From assembly GCF_006345805.1 (NCBI RefSeq), contig NW_021828041.1, forward strand, positions 1 to 35,667: DNA of 35,667 nucleotides, written 5' to 3'. The notes beneath the pieces were generated by a model, which saw only the letters and a list, made by a program, of their open reading frames with translations, searched no databases and was not told where the DNA came from. The DNA comes from Octopus sinensis (Eukaryota). The number at the start of each line of letters is the position of its first letter. The first letter of the stretch is position 1. Positions 1 through 11,711 of the stretch are shown here, one piece after another. The position numbers and the translations under genes are program-made.

Positions 1-13
1 GGCAGCATCTATG

Positions 14-200
14 ACAGCAGCAACAGCAGCAGTAGAAACGACAGCAGCAGCAGCAGCAGCAACAACAACAACAACAACAGGATTTGCAATATCCACTTAT
101 CAACATTATTGCAAAACTTGGTGTCTTGGAACACCAAATTTTTATATTAGAATCACACCTCTGTCTCTAACACCACCACCACAACAACATCTACAGCCTA

Positions 201-235
<35 letters not shown>

Positions 236-280
236 ATGCTATTACCACTACACAAAAACAACAACAGCAACAAGAACTGT
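14..280. repeat. Compound trinucleotide microsatellite (CAG/CAA/CTA)
   Basis: Runs of gcagca, acaaca and ctacta; source of the low-complexity ORF 11..283. Confidence 0.9.
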
Positions 281-789
281 TAATACCTTTAGCCACAAAC
301 AACCCGAATACTCGCGACAGTCAAAACATAAGAACGTTCATCCATCAAAAAAGGCAGACATCATTATTGTTTTCAGCTTTGCAGACAGCCCAACAAGGGA
401 TCTTCTAAGTGACCGCTCGAACCGTTAAAAATAGCAGCGAAATATCGCATAAGTTATATGCCATTGTCTTAATGAAGGATGGTCGCGTTGGAGTTACTAG
501 TCTTAGGTGGGTGTAGTATCTTGGAAAAGGAGAGACGGGCTGGTCTTAACTGGAAAGTCTCTGGTTAAAAATGTCTGCTCAGTCTGTTAAATAACGTCAA
601 CATCACGATGACAACGACGACGACGCTGACGATGCCAGCGACTACAATGGTGACTACGACGACGTCGACAACACCACCACCACCACCACCACCAAAACCA
701 CCGTCGCCACCACCGCCACCATTCGCCCAGATTTTCCGCTCACTGTACCTGGGTGGGCAGTAATAGTAGAGCTCTCAGGTATATCCTTC

Positions 790-1105
790 TTACGGTTTTA
801 TCAGAAGAGACCGTCATGCCCCTTTCCGGCTGGATTCCCAAGCACGACTAGTTGTCGTTCTCAATCCATCCCTAAGGTCTCCTTCCGGTTGGCTCATCTT
901 GAAGGATCGATCTTTAGGATTTTCTCCTGCTTCATTCCAGTCACGTGTCAATAGCAACAGAGCCTTGACTTCTCAAATCGGAGAAGTAGCGCCTCCGCCA
1001 GCAGAATCTTCCTGATTTCCGTTTTATGCTCCCTTCGGATAAATCCCCATTCCGGCCGCTTGAATTCGCGATTGTACCCTTTCAATCATTGCCCAACATT
1101 CATGA
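790..1105 (-). pseudogene. Degenerate RTE-clade LINE ORF2 C-terminal fragment
   Basis: Minus strand translated across frameshifts gives ECWAMIERVQSRIQAAGMG/FIRR..TEIRKILLAEALLLRFEKSRL..HVTGM..EPTGRRP*G. This matches the post-RT RTE motif series (ESWAMTERxRSRIQAAEMGFLRR...QLRWxGHV.RM...GRRPRGRP). It contains stops and frameshifts. Confidence 0.7.
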
Positions 1106-1721
1106 CCATCCCCCCACACAAAACAATCTACATCACAAACAACGAAAGACTATTGAACCGACTAGTATAAAAGCAGTCACCAAACAGAGTCTATCCCATT
1201 GACCCTAAAAGGTACTGCGTTTCCTCTCTTTGCCCATGCTACCGTTACTACATTAGCTTCTGATTTTCAGGACTAGCTCTGAAAACCTGTAGTATCAGGT
1301 GCCGCCTCGACTGGAGCGCACGTATTTCTCTAGTCTCTTTTCCTTGCATCCTCCAGTTGTAACCACCTACTCCGGTCCAATATTTAACTATGGTGCACAG
1401 TTCTTCTTCCCCCGGGGACTGTCCCTCTGGAATTGCATTTATGTACGTGTTTTATCTGCAAGGCGTTGGTTTGTAGCACTTTAAATCGGAACGTAAACGA
1501 GTTCGGACTTACTCCCTTTCTCAAATATCTCCATAATCGTCATCACAAACAGTATTATTAAAGACAAGACGACGACGACGACGACGACCACCACCACCAC
1601 CACACGCTATAAAAAGCGAAGCACCACCAATAAAACGCTATCGTCATCGCTACCACAACCGCCATCATCATCACTACTTCTACCACTACCACCACCACCA
1701 CCACCACCACCACCACCAAAT

Positions 1722-2170
1722 CATTATTCATCAATTAGGAATAGCAAAAAACGCCATAGTACAGGGCTAAGTAAATTGGTTTGGCATCTTAAAGACAACA
1801 ATAAAGATTTTAAGTTAGATAGGTTCATACTGTCCGTATCCTTTCCTTTCGATAAGGGCAAGAGATTTTGTAACATTTGCAACTCTGAACTCTTCCATAT
1901 TCTCTTCTCTAAGAATCCCCTCGTAAAAACACTTATAGAGCGATCGTACAAATGTAAACAATGGCAGAAACATACATGTTACTCATATAAGTGATTTCGC
2001 CAGTCTTTATAGTTTGAACAGTTTGTTTAACTTGCACTTTACTTCAATAGAGAAGTCTCTTTCTAAGCCTTTGAACATTTTTTTAATCAACGTATCCCTC
2101 TCTATTTGTTCTCTACTTATTATTCCTTTAGCCCTTCTCTTCCCACTATCTGCCTTTGACTTCAAATCTA
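1722..2170 (+). mobile_element. Penelope-like element 3' relic: GIY-YIG endonuclease C-terminus (1722-1994) plus probable 3' UTR
   Basis: The frame from 1722 reads HYSSIRNSKKRHSTGLSKLVWHLKDNNKDFKLDRFILSVSFPFDKGKRFCNICNSELFHILFSK...CKQWQKH. This resembles the PLE pattern HxxSFR..K..STxLSKxIWxLK...W.I...A.PY....K.CNLC..E....L...KCRH. The UTR extent is inferred. Confidence 0.7.
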
Positions 2171-2286
2171 CTAACGGTTTTTATACACACACACACACCG
2201 CACACGCACACACACACACACACAACACACATATATATATATTATATATATATTATATATAAAGACATATATATACATAGATATAC

Positions 2287-2339
<53 letters not shown>

Positions 2340-2395
2340 CACACACCACACACACACCACACACACACCCACATATAATATATATATAAATATAT

Positions 2396-2790
2396 AACGA
2401 AATACAAAAAAATGGGTCAAGAACGCAAAACATTCAGACAGTTAGATGATACAAAAATGGGACAAAGAAAAATAAAACAAGGACACATACATAGTTTTCT
2501 TTCCTCAGTCGAGTTCCAGATTATCTTTGCAATTTCGGCTGGTTATACTCGAGATTGCTCCAATCTGTCCAGCCCCAAGGAAAAAATAAGCTAAGAGCAC
2601 TAGATTGCTTGGAAGAAAGCAGCGAATGTATACGAAAACAAGGACGGAAAAAACAGAGAAATGGTGCACAAATACAAATGCAAATGACAGGACATTAACA
2701 ACAGGTGTCTTTCGACTAAGGACGAATTGAATTAAGCTGGCGTGTGTGGAATTGAAACCTTACGGTGGAGACATAAGAGATGAAAAGGAA
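2396..2790 (+). repeat. Unclassified interspersed repeat (possibly Penelope-related)
   Basis: Its 5' motif caagaacgcaaaacattcagacagttagatgataca recurs at 18893-18935 (minus) and 18970-19012 (plus). Confidence 0.5.
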
Positions 2791-3033
2791 TGGGGGAGGA
2801 ATATAGATGTTGCACGGATGTTAGTCGAACCAAGAGGAATAGAAGAATAGAGAGGGACGAGAAAAAAGGAAAGGGTCAGGGTGAAGTGAAAGAGAAGGGA
2901 AGGCGAGAATGAATAGAAAGTCAGGATATGTGAAAGAGAGGGAACGAAAGAAAGAAGAGTGGAAAGAACGAAGCAAGTGCGAAGGGGTTGATAGAAAGAA
3001 AGAAAGAATAACAGAATATGAGAATCGTACAAA

Positions 3034-3071
<38 letters not shown>

Positions 3072-3894
3072 TTACGTATAAGAGACTAAAGTGTACATAA
3101 CAAAATGCATGGTTAATAAACAACGACAGATAAAAAAATAAACGTATACGTATGCAACCGGATGGGAAATAGACACTGAAGGTCCCTAATTCTTTATCGG
3201 TTATCAACCAAATGGTTATACTCAGTTTCACAAAATTAATGATAAGACCGAGAACTTCCAATATTGGTGGTGCCTGCGAGTAAAATACGGCCTTAGGGAC
3301 AAAAAGACAAGAGTGGTGGGTAACATACATAAACACGTATATACATATATATGTACGTGTTTATGACCACACATTGATGTATACATACACATACACGCAT
3401 ATACACACATGTACACACACATATATACGAATCAACGATCTTCTCCATTTCGTTAATTACAAACCCTCACACACACACACACACACACACACAGAGCAAC
3501 ATTCTCTGCATCCATATATTCCTATATGCGTTGGCTTCGTTAAAATATAAATTTTCATTTGTAATATGAAATATTAATACAAACTAATTTACTAAATAAC
3601 ATTACACCCATTTTAAAATTTATTACAATATTATATTTATTCAATTTTTTGTATTTCTATCCATATTTTTGTTTATTTGTTTGTTTACCTTATCTTTAGA
3701 TATTTATTTTCTTGTGTTTTATAATTTCATAAATTCATAACTTTTATATTTTTATGCTTATGTATAACGTTTTCATATTCCCAGATTTTTTTTTAAAAAG
3801 ATAATCGTGTTATTTGTTAAATGTATATTAACATTAATATATTTTTTGTATCTAGTTTAGTTTTTTTCTTTATGGAAAGAATGAATTTATGCGT

Positions 3895-4030
3895 ATGTAT
3901 GTATGTATGTATGTATGTATGTATGTATGTATGTATGTATGTATGTATGTATGTATGTATGTACGTATGTATGTATGTATGTATGTACGTACGTATGTAT
4001 GTTGTATGTATGTATGTATGTATGTATGTC
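3895..4030. repeat. (TATG)n microsatellite
   Basis: Long perfect tetranucleotide run. Confidence 0.95.
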
Positions 4031-4152
4031 AATCTATCTAATATAAGTGTGTGTATGTATTTTCATCTATCCATATACCTATATTTCTCTCTCTCTCTCT
4101 CTGTATATATATGTAAACATATATATATGTGTGCGTATATATATATATATAA

Positions 4153-4187
<35 letters not shown>

Positions 4188-4371
4188 GTATACAGGTTTG
4201 TGGACGTTCGAAGGAAAAAATAATCAAAATATATATGTATGTATGTATGTGCGTACGCATGTGTGCATCAGGTGGAGTATATGTGTATATGTGTGCGTGT
4301 GTGTATACGTGTGAGTACACATACAAATACGCACGCAGGTATATTCAAGTACACGATTTTATATGCCCCTC

Positions 4372-4830
<459 letters not shown>

Positions 4831-5028
4831 ATATCTGTTTATCTATTTACGCATACAGACACACATACGTACGGAAATATTAACAAATTTGTTTATCATC
4901 TTCAATGTATACAAACACACACACACATATATATATGTGTGTGCGTGTGTTTGTGTGTGCGTGTATATATACATACATATATAAATATATACAGATAAAT
5001 AGATAGATAGATAGATAGGTAGGTAGAT

Positions 5029-5031
<3 letters not shown>

Positions 5032-5096
<65 letters not shown>
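5032..5096. repeat. (GA)n microsatellite
   Basis: Perfect GA run. Confidence 0.95.
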
Positions 5097-5101
<5 letters not shown>

Positions 5102-5404
5102 ATAGACAGGCGTACATACATGCACACGTACGCACGCAGATACATATACATAAATTGTTGTCCTAATTATTTTGAAATTGTCCAATGATCGCGTCTAGGG
5201 AGTTAATTACGACGTGAAAAAGGCAGCTACACCACCACCACCACCACCACCACCCTACTACTACTACTACTACTACTACTACTATCATTTACGACGACGA
5301 CGACCACCACCACCACCACCACTACCACCACAACCATCACCCTACTACTACTACTACATGAAGTCAGTGGATGTGTTGTAGGTTTCGGCATTCTACGCTC
5401 TGAC

Positions 5405-6110
5405 TCAAAACCCACCAAGGCTAACTTATCCCTCCGACCTCAGTAAATAAGACAGAACCAGTAAAGTAGTCGGGTTATTGATTTCGATTAACCACTTCCC
5501 GAAAATATTACTGGTATTGTGCTTAAATCGTGACCAATTTAGTGTGGTCGTTAGAGTTTCGAGCAAAATGCCTTGAGGTACTTAGTTGTATCACTTTTCG
5601 TTCTGTGTTCAAATCCCGGTGAGGTTTAACTTTACTTTTCATAATTTCGTGTCCGATGATATAACGTACCTGTCAAATGCTGGGGGAAACAGTAACCATC
5701 ACCTTCTTTCTACAATTTGCTGGTCTTGTGCTTGAACTTGTGAAAGGCAGTGTGCTAGAAAAATCGGCAGAGCATTGCATGAAATGCTTTGAGCTATTTG
5801 CTCCAGCTGGTATGCGCTCTGAGCTCACATACTGAGTCACATGACTGAAACAAGTAAAAAAGTAAGAGAGTAACTGATCTTCTTGTATTTTCTTTTATCT
5901 AAAGCCAGGGACTTTTTCAGTTCCGCCCCTTATTAAGGGGTCGTGCTGGCAGAGTCGTTAGAGAGTTGGAAAAATGCCTTGTGGTATTGATTGCCTGTTT
6001 TTAATTACGGAATTCAGATCCATCAGCGGTCGATAAAAACCAAAAAACGTTGATGTAAAATACCTGTTTGTTGATTTAGTTAAGTAACTGGGGTCGCTAG
6101 CCAAATACTA
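5405..6110 (+). mobile_element. Cluster of 3-4 highly decayed family-A SINE fragments
   Basis: Contains pieces resembling the better copies at 8263 and 23818 (gtcgttag..aaatgcc, gttctgtgttcaaatccc, gtgctggcagagtcgttag, actggggtcg). Confidence 0.55.
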
Positions 6111-6201
6111 CACGGTTTTTGTGACAGAGCGAGAAACTACTACTACTACTACTACTACTACTACAACTTTCATTTACGACGACGACGACCACCAGCACCA
6201 G

Positions 6202-6266
<65 letters not shown>

Positions 6267-6299
6267 TATTGTCACTTCTTCATGATATCATCGTCAACT

Positions 6300-7120
6300 C
6301 TGATTGTCGCCCTTCCTTCATGACGTCAGACTAACTCCGTTCCTGTCCCCTGTTGTTCATGACGTCACACTAACTCCCTTCTCGTATCCCTCAGAACTTC
6401 ATGAAATCCCACTAACAACTTTATCGTCCCTTTCTCGTGACCTTACACCAAATTTCTCATTCTCGCCTCCTTTTCATGACCTCACACTAACTCGCTTGTC
6501 ATCTTCTTTTCATGACGTCACACTAACTCGCTTGTCATCTTCTTTTCATGACGTCACACTAACTTGCTTATTGTCATCTTCTTTTCATGACGTCACACTA
6601 ACTCGCTTGTCATCTTCTTTTCATGACGTCACACTAACTCGCTTGTCATCTTTTCATGACGTCACACTAACTTGCTTATTGTCGCCTTCTTTTCATGACG
6701 TCACACTAACTCGCTTGTCATCTTCTTTTCATGACGTCACACTAACTCGCTAATTGTCGCCTTCTTTTCATGACGTCACACTAACTCGCTTGTCATCTTC
6801 TTTTCATGACGTCACACTAACTTGCTTATTGTCATCTTCTTTTCATGACGTCACACTAACTCGCTTGTCATCTTCTTTTCATGACGTCACACTAACTCGC
6901 TTGTCATCTTCTTTTCATGACGTCACACTAACTTGCTTATTGTCGCCTTCTTTTCATGACGTCACACTAACTCGCTTGTCATCTTCTTTTCATGACGTCA
7001 CACTAACTCGCTAATTGTCGCCTTCTTTTTATGACGTCACACTAACTCGCTTGTCATCTTCTTTTCATGACGTCACATTAACTTGCTTATTGTATCCTTC
7101 ACTTTATGACGTCACAGTTA
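6300..7120. repeat. Minisatellite, 36/39/33-bp units (ttttcaTGACGTCAcactaactcgcttgtcatcttc)
   Basis: Direct reading gives about 22 units, 19 of them with an intact TGACGTCA core, and degenerate units at the left edge. Confidence 0.97.
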
Positions 7121-7920
7121 ACTCCCACGTCCCAGGACAGAATCTTATATTAAAAAGTTTTCTATACTACATAATACTCTATATTGTGAAATGTCCGTCA
7201 CCATAAGAAGCAAGACTAAGTTAACCACAAGGTAGTCTTTAGTTCCATCGCTCTACGTTCCTCCTCCGAATTCCCGCCATTTCGGAATTAGATAAACATA
7301 ATTCATTTTGATTAGTAACAAAAATAAATAAACCATGCATCGTATAACGATACAGCACACTGAACGGACTTCCAAATATATTTATTGTTATTTTGCTAAT
7401 ATGTGAAGTCATGCGTGAACGAGCAAACCTGAGATCAAAGGACTTTTCCAGTGTTGACCCTTGGTAACGTCCATCCTTTCATCCATCCATCAGGTCATCC
7501 GTCCATCCGTCCATCCGCCCATCCGACCACCCGTTCATCAATATTCTCTCTGCCCATCCATCTATCCCTCTCACTATCAATTCCCCCGTCCATCTACCCG
7601 GCTATCCATTCACCCGTCGATCCGTCCATCTCTCTGTCTGTTTGTCTGTCTGTCAGTCTCTCTCTCCCTCTCTCCCTCTCCCCCTCTCTCTCTCCAGTAT
7701 TAATCCAGTTGTCCAGCCTGTATCATTCCCTTCTTTGCTCTAGCTCCATCCATCCATTCAATCATGCAACAACCCGTCCATCCATCCCTCCCTCCCTCCC
7801 TCCCTCCATCCATCCATCAATCCATCCATATATGGCTCGCTGGCTGGATGTGTGTTTATATGTGTGTGCGCATGTATATGTGTGTGTTTCTCTGTGTGCG
7901 TGTATGTGTGTGTGTGTGAA

Positions 7921-8237
7921 GGCGCATTGTTTAGTGGTTAGAGCGTCGGGCTCACAATCATGAGGTAGTGAGTTCGATTCCCGGACCGGACTGTACGTTG
8001 AGTTGAGCAAGACACTTTATTTCACGTTGCTCCAGTTCACTCAGTTGCGATGTCTTTGGTGCGAAGTTGTATCGGCCCCTTTGCCTTTCCCTTGGATAAC
8101 ATCGATGGCGTGGAGAGTGGAGGCTGGTATGCATGAGCGACTGTTGGTCTTTCAGAAACAACCTTGATCGGACTTGTGCCTCGGAAAGGAACTTTCTAGG
8201 TGCAATCCCATGGTCCTTCATGACCGAAGGGAGTTTT
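7921..8237 (+). mobile_element. tRNA-derived SINE (family B) with Pol III A and B boxes
   Basis: A box tagtggttag and B box gagttcgattcc. The central segment ttgagcaagacactttatttcacgttgctccagttcactcag is shared with the minus copy at 16874-17090. Confidence 0.85.
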
Positions 8238-8262
8238 GATGTATATATACTTATATATGTAT

Positions 8263-8527
8263 AAAGCGGTGAGCTGGCAGGATCGTTAGCACACTAGGCG
8301 AAATGCTTAGTGGTATTTCGCCTGCCGTTACGTTCTGAGTTCACATTCCACCGAGGTTGACTTTGCCTTTCATCCTTTCGGGGTCGATTAAATAACTACC
8401 AGTTACTCACTGGGGGCGATGTAATCGACTTAATCCCTTTGTCTGTCTTTGTTTGTCCCCTGTGTGTTGAGTCCCCTCTGTGTTTGGCTCCCTCTGTATT
8501 TAGCCCCCTGTGGGCAATAAAAAATAT
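8263..8527 (+). mobile_element. SINE family A copy
   Basis: ggcggtgagctggcag..atcgttagc..gaaatgcttag..gttctgagttca.attcc.ccgaggt.gactttgcctttcatcctttcggggtcga is shared with more than 10 copies in this window. Confidence 0.85.
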
Positions 8528-8554
8528 ATGTATGTGTGTCTGTATATATAATAT

Positions 8555-8604
<50 letters not shown>

Positions 8605-9111
8605 AATATAATATAATATATATATATATATATAATATGGTATTATTTTTATATACATTATGGTATATAACTTTATATATCTAAAGCTACCTTCTGCAAT
8701 CCACATTATACTTCCTACAGACCACGATTTGATGAAGATGTAATTGACTGTTTTTTCTCGCAGATCGCACCATACAAGACAGTGGTTCCCTTTTAGCTAG
8801 GAATCTATCCAGACTACAGCAAATTCACGCGGCTTATACAGTAAATAATGCGAGCAGTAAATAATTGATGAGTGCTCCAATAAATTTGGTTACATTGCCG
8901 ACTTCCCATGCAACGCTGTGCCAAAACTATCCTACATTGTGTTTTAATTATGTGTAGATTAATAAGAAGATTGCAATTAAGCTTGAGAGTAATTGCACTT
9001 TTCAAATTTTATAATATAAGCTAATAGAACGAATTTGTGGTTTGTATGTAATATTTGGTTTGTTGTCTTTGTATGAGATTGCATGAACACAGCAAACGAC
9101 TATTGTATATA

Positions 9112-9966
9112 CAGGGTGGGTGTAAAGTAAGTTGGCATTAAAATTTGGTCATAAAATCCATATTTCTTTTACAAATTTAATGAAACAAATGATACATGTT
9201 TTTTATTACATGGGAAAATGAAAGTAAGTTTCCATATTTCAACGTAAGCACCAGTGGCAACTAGTTCCCTTGGGAGTGGAATGAACAACCTTCTGAAGGA
9301 CTTCGTCTGAGACATCATTGAAAACCGCATGGATCCGTGTCTTCAAGTCCTCCAGTATGCGAGGTTTAGTCTTGTACAACTTCTCTTTTGTGTAACCCCA
9401 CAAGAAGAAATCACATGGAGTGAGGTCTGGACTTCTGGACTTCTACGGTCACAGTCTTCAAGTTTTAGCTCCTGCCCGTAATGGGGTTTCCACAGACGAA
9501 AATCCAATTCTTTATGCAACTCAGTACGTATTGTGTGTCATGTTAGTCCACTTTCACAAGCTGCATGACGAGTTGATTTTTGCTGGCTGCGATCAAACAT
9601 TTCCTGCACTGTTGCCTCGTTCTTCCCTAATCAGGATGTGGTTGGCGGGTCACTTCTTCTTGCATCGTTCACAGAGCCCTTGATCATCAACTTCGCATGG
9701 CAACTTTTTATTGTCGCTGGACGTAGTGTTGTATGTTTGCCTTTCCATGCATGCCACCGTCTCCGAACCAAAACAACGGAATTCCACACTTCATAGCGTT
9801 CTGCAATCTTAGTTCGCTCCTGAAAAGTCAAGCGACTGACCATCTGGAAAATAAGAAGAGATAAGACAATAAGGAAATAAGAAATCCCCATTAGTGTTGT
9901 CTGTTTAAAAAATATTTTCGTCATGACTTCAGTGATACTAAAATTTCTATAAGCAATTTCACCCTG
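9112..9966 (-). mobile_element. Internally deleted Tc1/mariner element, DUF4817-HTH type
   Basis: TA|cagggtg ... caccctg|TA termini (7-bp inverted repeat only). Minus-strand N-terminus from 9843: MVSRLTFQERTKIAERYEVWNSVVLVRRRW..TIKSCHAKLMIKGSVNDARRSDPPTTS. C-terminus: RSPDLTPCDFFLWGYTKEKLYKTKPRILEDLKTRI. The middle of the DDE domain is missing. Confidence 0.85.
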
Positions 9967-10084
9967 TAGAGGATGTTTGACATAAATTTGGCAGTTTTCA
10001 TAAAAGGAAAAGAAAGCACAATATCGCATCCAAGAATAAAAATATTTTTAAGATATCAAAAAACATCAATAAGATTATGCCTGG

Positions 10085-10695
10085 TAGGTGAGAGTTTATT
10101 CAAATTAGCTGCCCTCAGCTTCCTCCATGGCCTAACGAGGGCTCGGAAACTTGGTGCATGCGTTCTTCGTTGTGACCATGGAAAGCTGATCGAACACCTC
10201 CTAGATTTTGGTGTTACAGGCAGAAGAGTTTCGTGTCTTTCCCAACCGCGAATCATGCATAGTTCCATGAAATCACAAGTTGGTAGAGTTCGGAGTTCAG
10301 AATCTGAGGATGGTGAAGTCGTAGAAATTCTCCAACAAACACTTCCGAACTCTGCTGTCACACACATGACCTTCCAGCAGCAATCCATTGCAGCCAAGGA
10401 TTGGTCAGAGTCTCTTGCAGCTTCCCATAACCGTCTGAATTGAGTCTAAGGCTCTGTTCAGAAGTGTGAGGATAAATTCCAGCGTGTGGAGGCAGAAAGA
10501 ACTCGTGCTTTGCCGCTTCTTGCTGACCACGGCTTCGTAGTGTCAGTTGAGACTGTCCATGTCCATGTCTTACAGCCATTACAGTTTTTACTGAGCACTG
10601 AGCAGGAGCAGTTGGTATTTCGACACCCGGCTCGAATCCTCCTGAGACGGGTAAAAGATTTTCAGTATCAGTTGGCTTCCGGTCTTCCATGTCAG
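10085..10695 (-). pseudogene. Probable very old RTE-clade LINE 3' relic
   Basis: Relatively GC-rich block. Motifs scattered over three minus frames occur in RTE order: NGCKTWT (YGCETWT), FCLHTL..LLNRALDSIQTV (CLRxIL..VLxRA..SI), WLQWI/GHV (LRWxGHV), PQILNSEL (PKQxxYxEL). Many frameshifts. Confidence 0.45.
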
Positions 10696-10819
10696 GTAAC
10701 TTTTTTTTTCAGCAAAAATCTTTAATCTTTATACTCTCCAACGCCGTTGACTGTTTACCAATATATTAAGCTGTTCCGGAAAGAAAAGGAATATTAAAAT
10801 CAACAAATTTATACCGGAC

Positions 10820-11005
10820 AAGAAGACAAAGAAGAAGAAGAAAAAGGAGAAGAAGTAGAAGAAGAAGAAGAAGAAGAAGAAGAAGAAGAAGAAGAAGAAG
10901 AAGAAGAAGAAGAAGAAGAAGAAGAAGAAGAAGAAGAAGAAGACCACCACCACCACCACCACACCACCACCACCACAACAACAACAACACCAACAACAAT
11001 AACAA
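10820..11005. repeat. (GAA)n followed by (CAC)n/(CAA)n microsatellite
   Basis: Long perfect GAA run. Confidence 0.95.
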
Positions 11006-11008
11006 CCC

Positions 11009-11650
11009 ATTCTGCTATAGGCGAAAGGCCTGAAATTTTAGGGGACGGGACGAGTCAAGTACATCAAGTACATAAGCTGGTACTTATTTTATCGAACCCG
11101 AAAGGATGAAAGGCAAAGTCAACCCCTGCGTAATTTGCACTCAGAACGTAAAACCGGACGAAATGCCGCAAAGAATTTTGTCCGGCATGCTAACAATACT
11201 GCCAGCCTGCAGCCCTAATAATGATGATGATAATAATTCTTGCTACTAAAGGCACAAGGCCTGAAATTTTGGGGGAGGTGACTAGTCAATTACATCAACC
11301 CCAGTGTCTAACTAATACTTAATTTATCGACTCCGAAAGATTAAAAGGTAAAATTGACGTTGGCGGAATTTGAACACAGAACGTAGCGACGGGCGAAATA
11401 CGACTAAACATTTCGTGCAGCTTGCAAACGATTCTTTCTACAATAGGTACAAGGCCTGAAATTGGGGAGGTGGGTGGATAGACGATTTCATCAACCCCAG
11501 GGCGTAACTGGTGCTTATTTAATTGATCCGGAAAAGATAAAAAATAAAGTTGACCCAGGCGGAATTTGAACTCAGAACGTAACAGCAGACGAAATACGGC
11601 TAAGCATTTCACCCAGGGTGCCAACGTTTCGGCCAGCTCACCAACTTCAA
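11009..11650 (-). mobile_element. Three head-to-tail family-A SINEs (approx. 11009-11216, 11236-11435, 11431-11650)
   Basis: Each is the reverse complement of the family-A consensus (aggcctgaaattt..tggtacttattt.atcga.ccgaaaggatgaaaggcaaagtc..gaactcagaacgta..gctaac..ctgccagctc). Confidence 0.9.
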
Positions 11651-11651
11651 T

Positions 11652-11695
<44 letters not shown>

Positions 11696-11711
11696 TAATA
11701 ATAATAATAAT

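Noticed and set aside
1110-1520. Possible continuation of the RTE relic (ORF 1299..1484)
   Set aside because: No RT or endonuclease motif could be recognised in any frame by eye.
2535-2590. Minus-strand GGCTGG/CCAGCC-GAAA-TTGCAA hammerhead-like motif
   Set aside because: There is no CUGANGA core and U16.1 is missing; at most a decayed relic.
6300-7120. CRISPR-like array (36-bp periodicity)
   Set aside because: The units are contiguous with no unique spacers, there are no cas genes, and the context is eukaryotic; it is a minisatellite.
7921-7990. Functional tRNA gene (likewise 30054-30125 and 19412-19480)
   Set aside because: A and B boxes are present but there is no paired acceptor stem and the sequence runs into SINE bodies; these are SINE heads.
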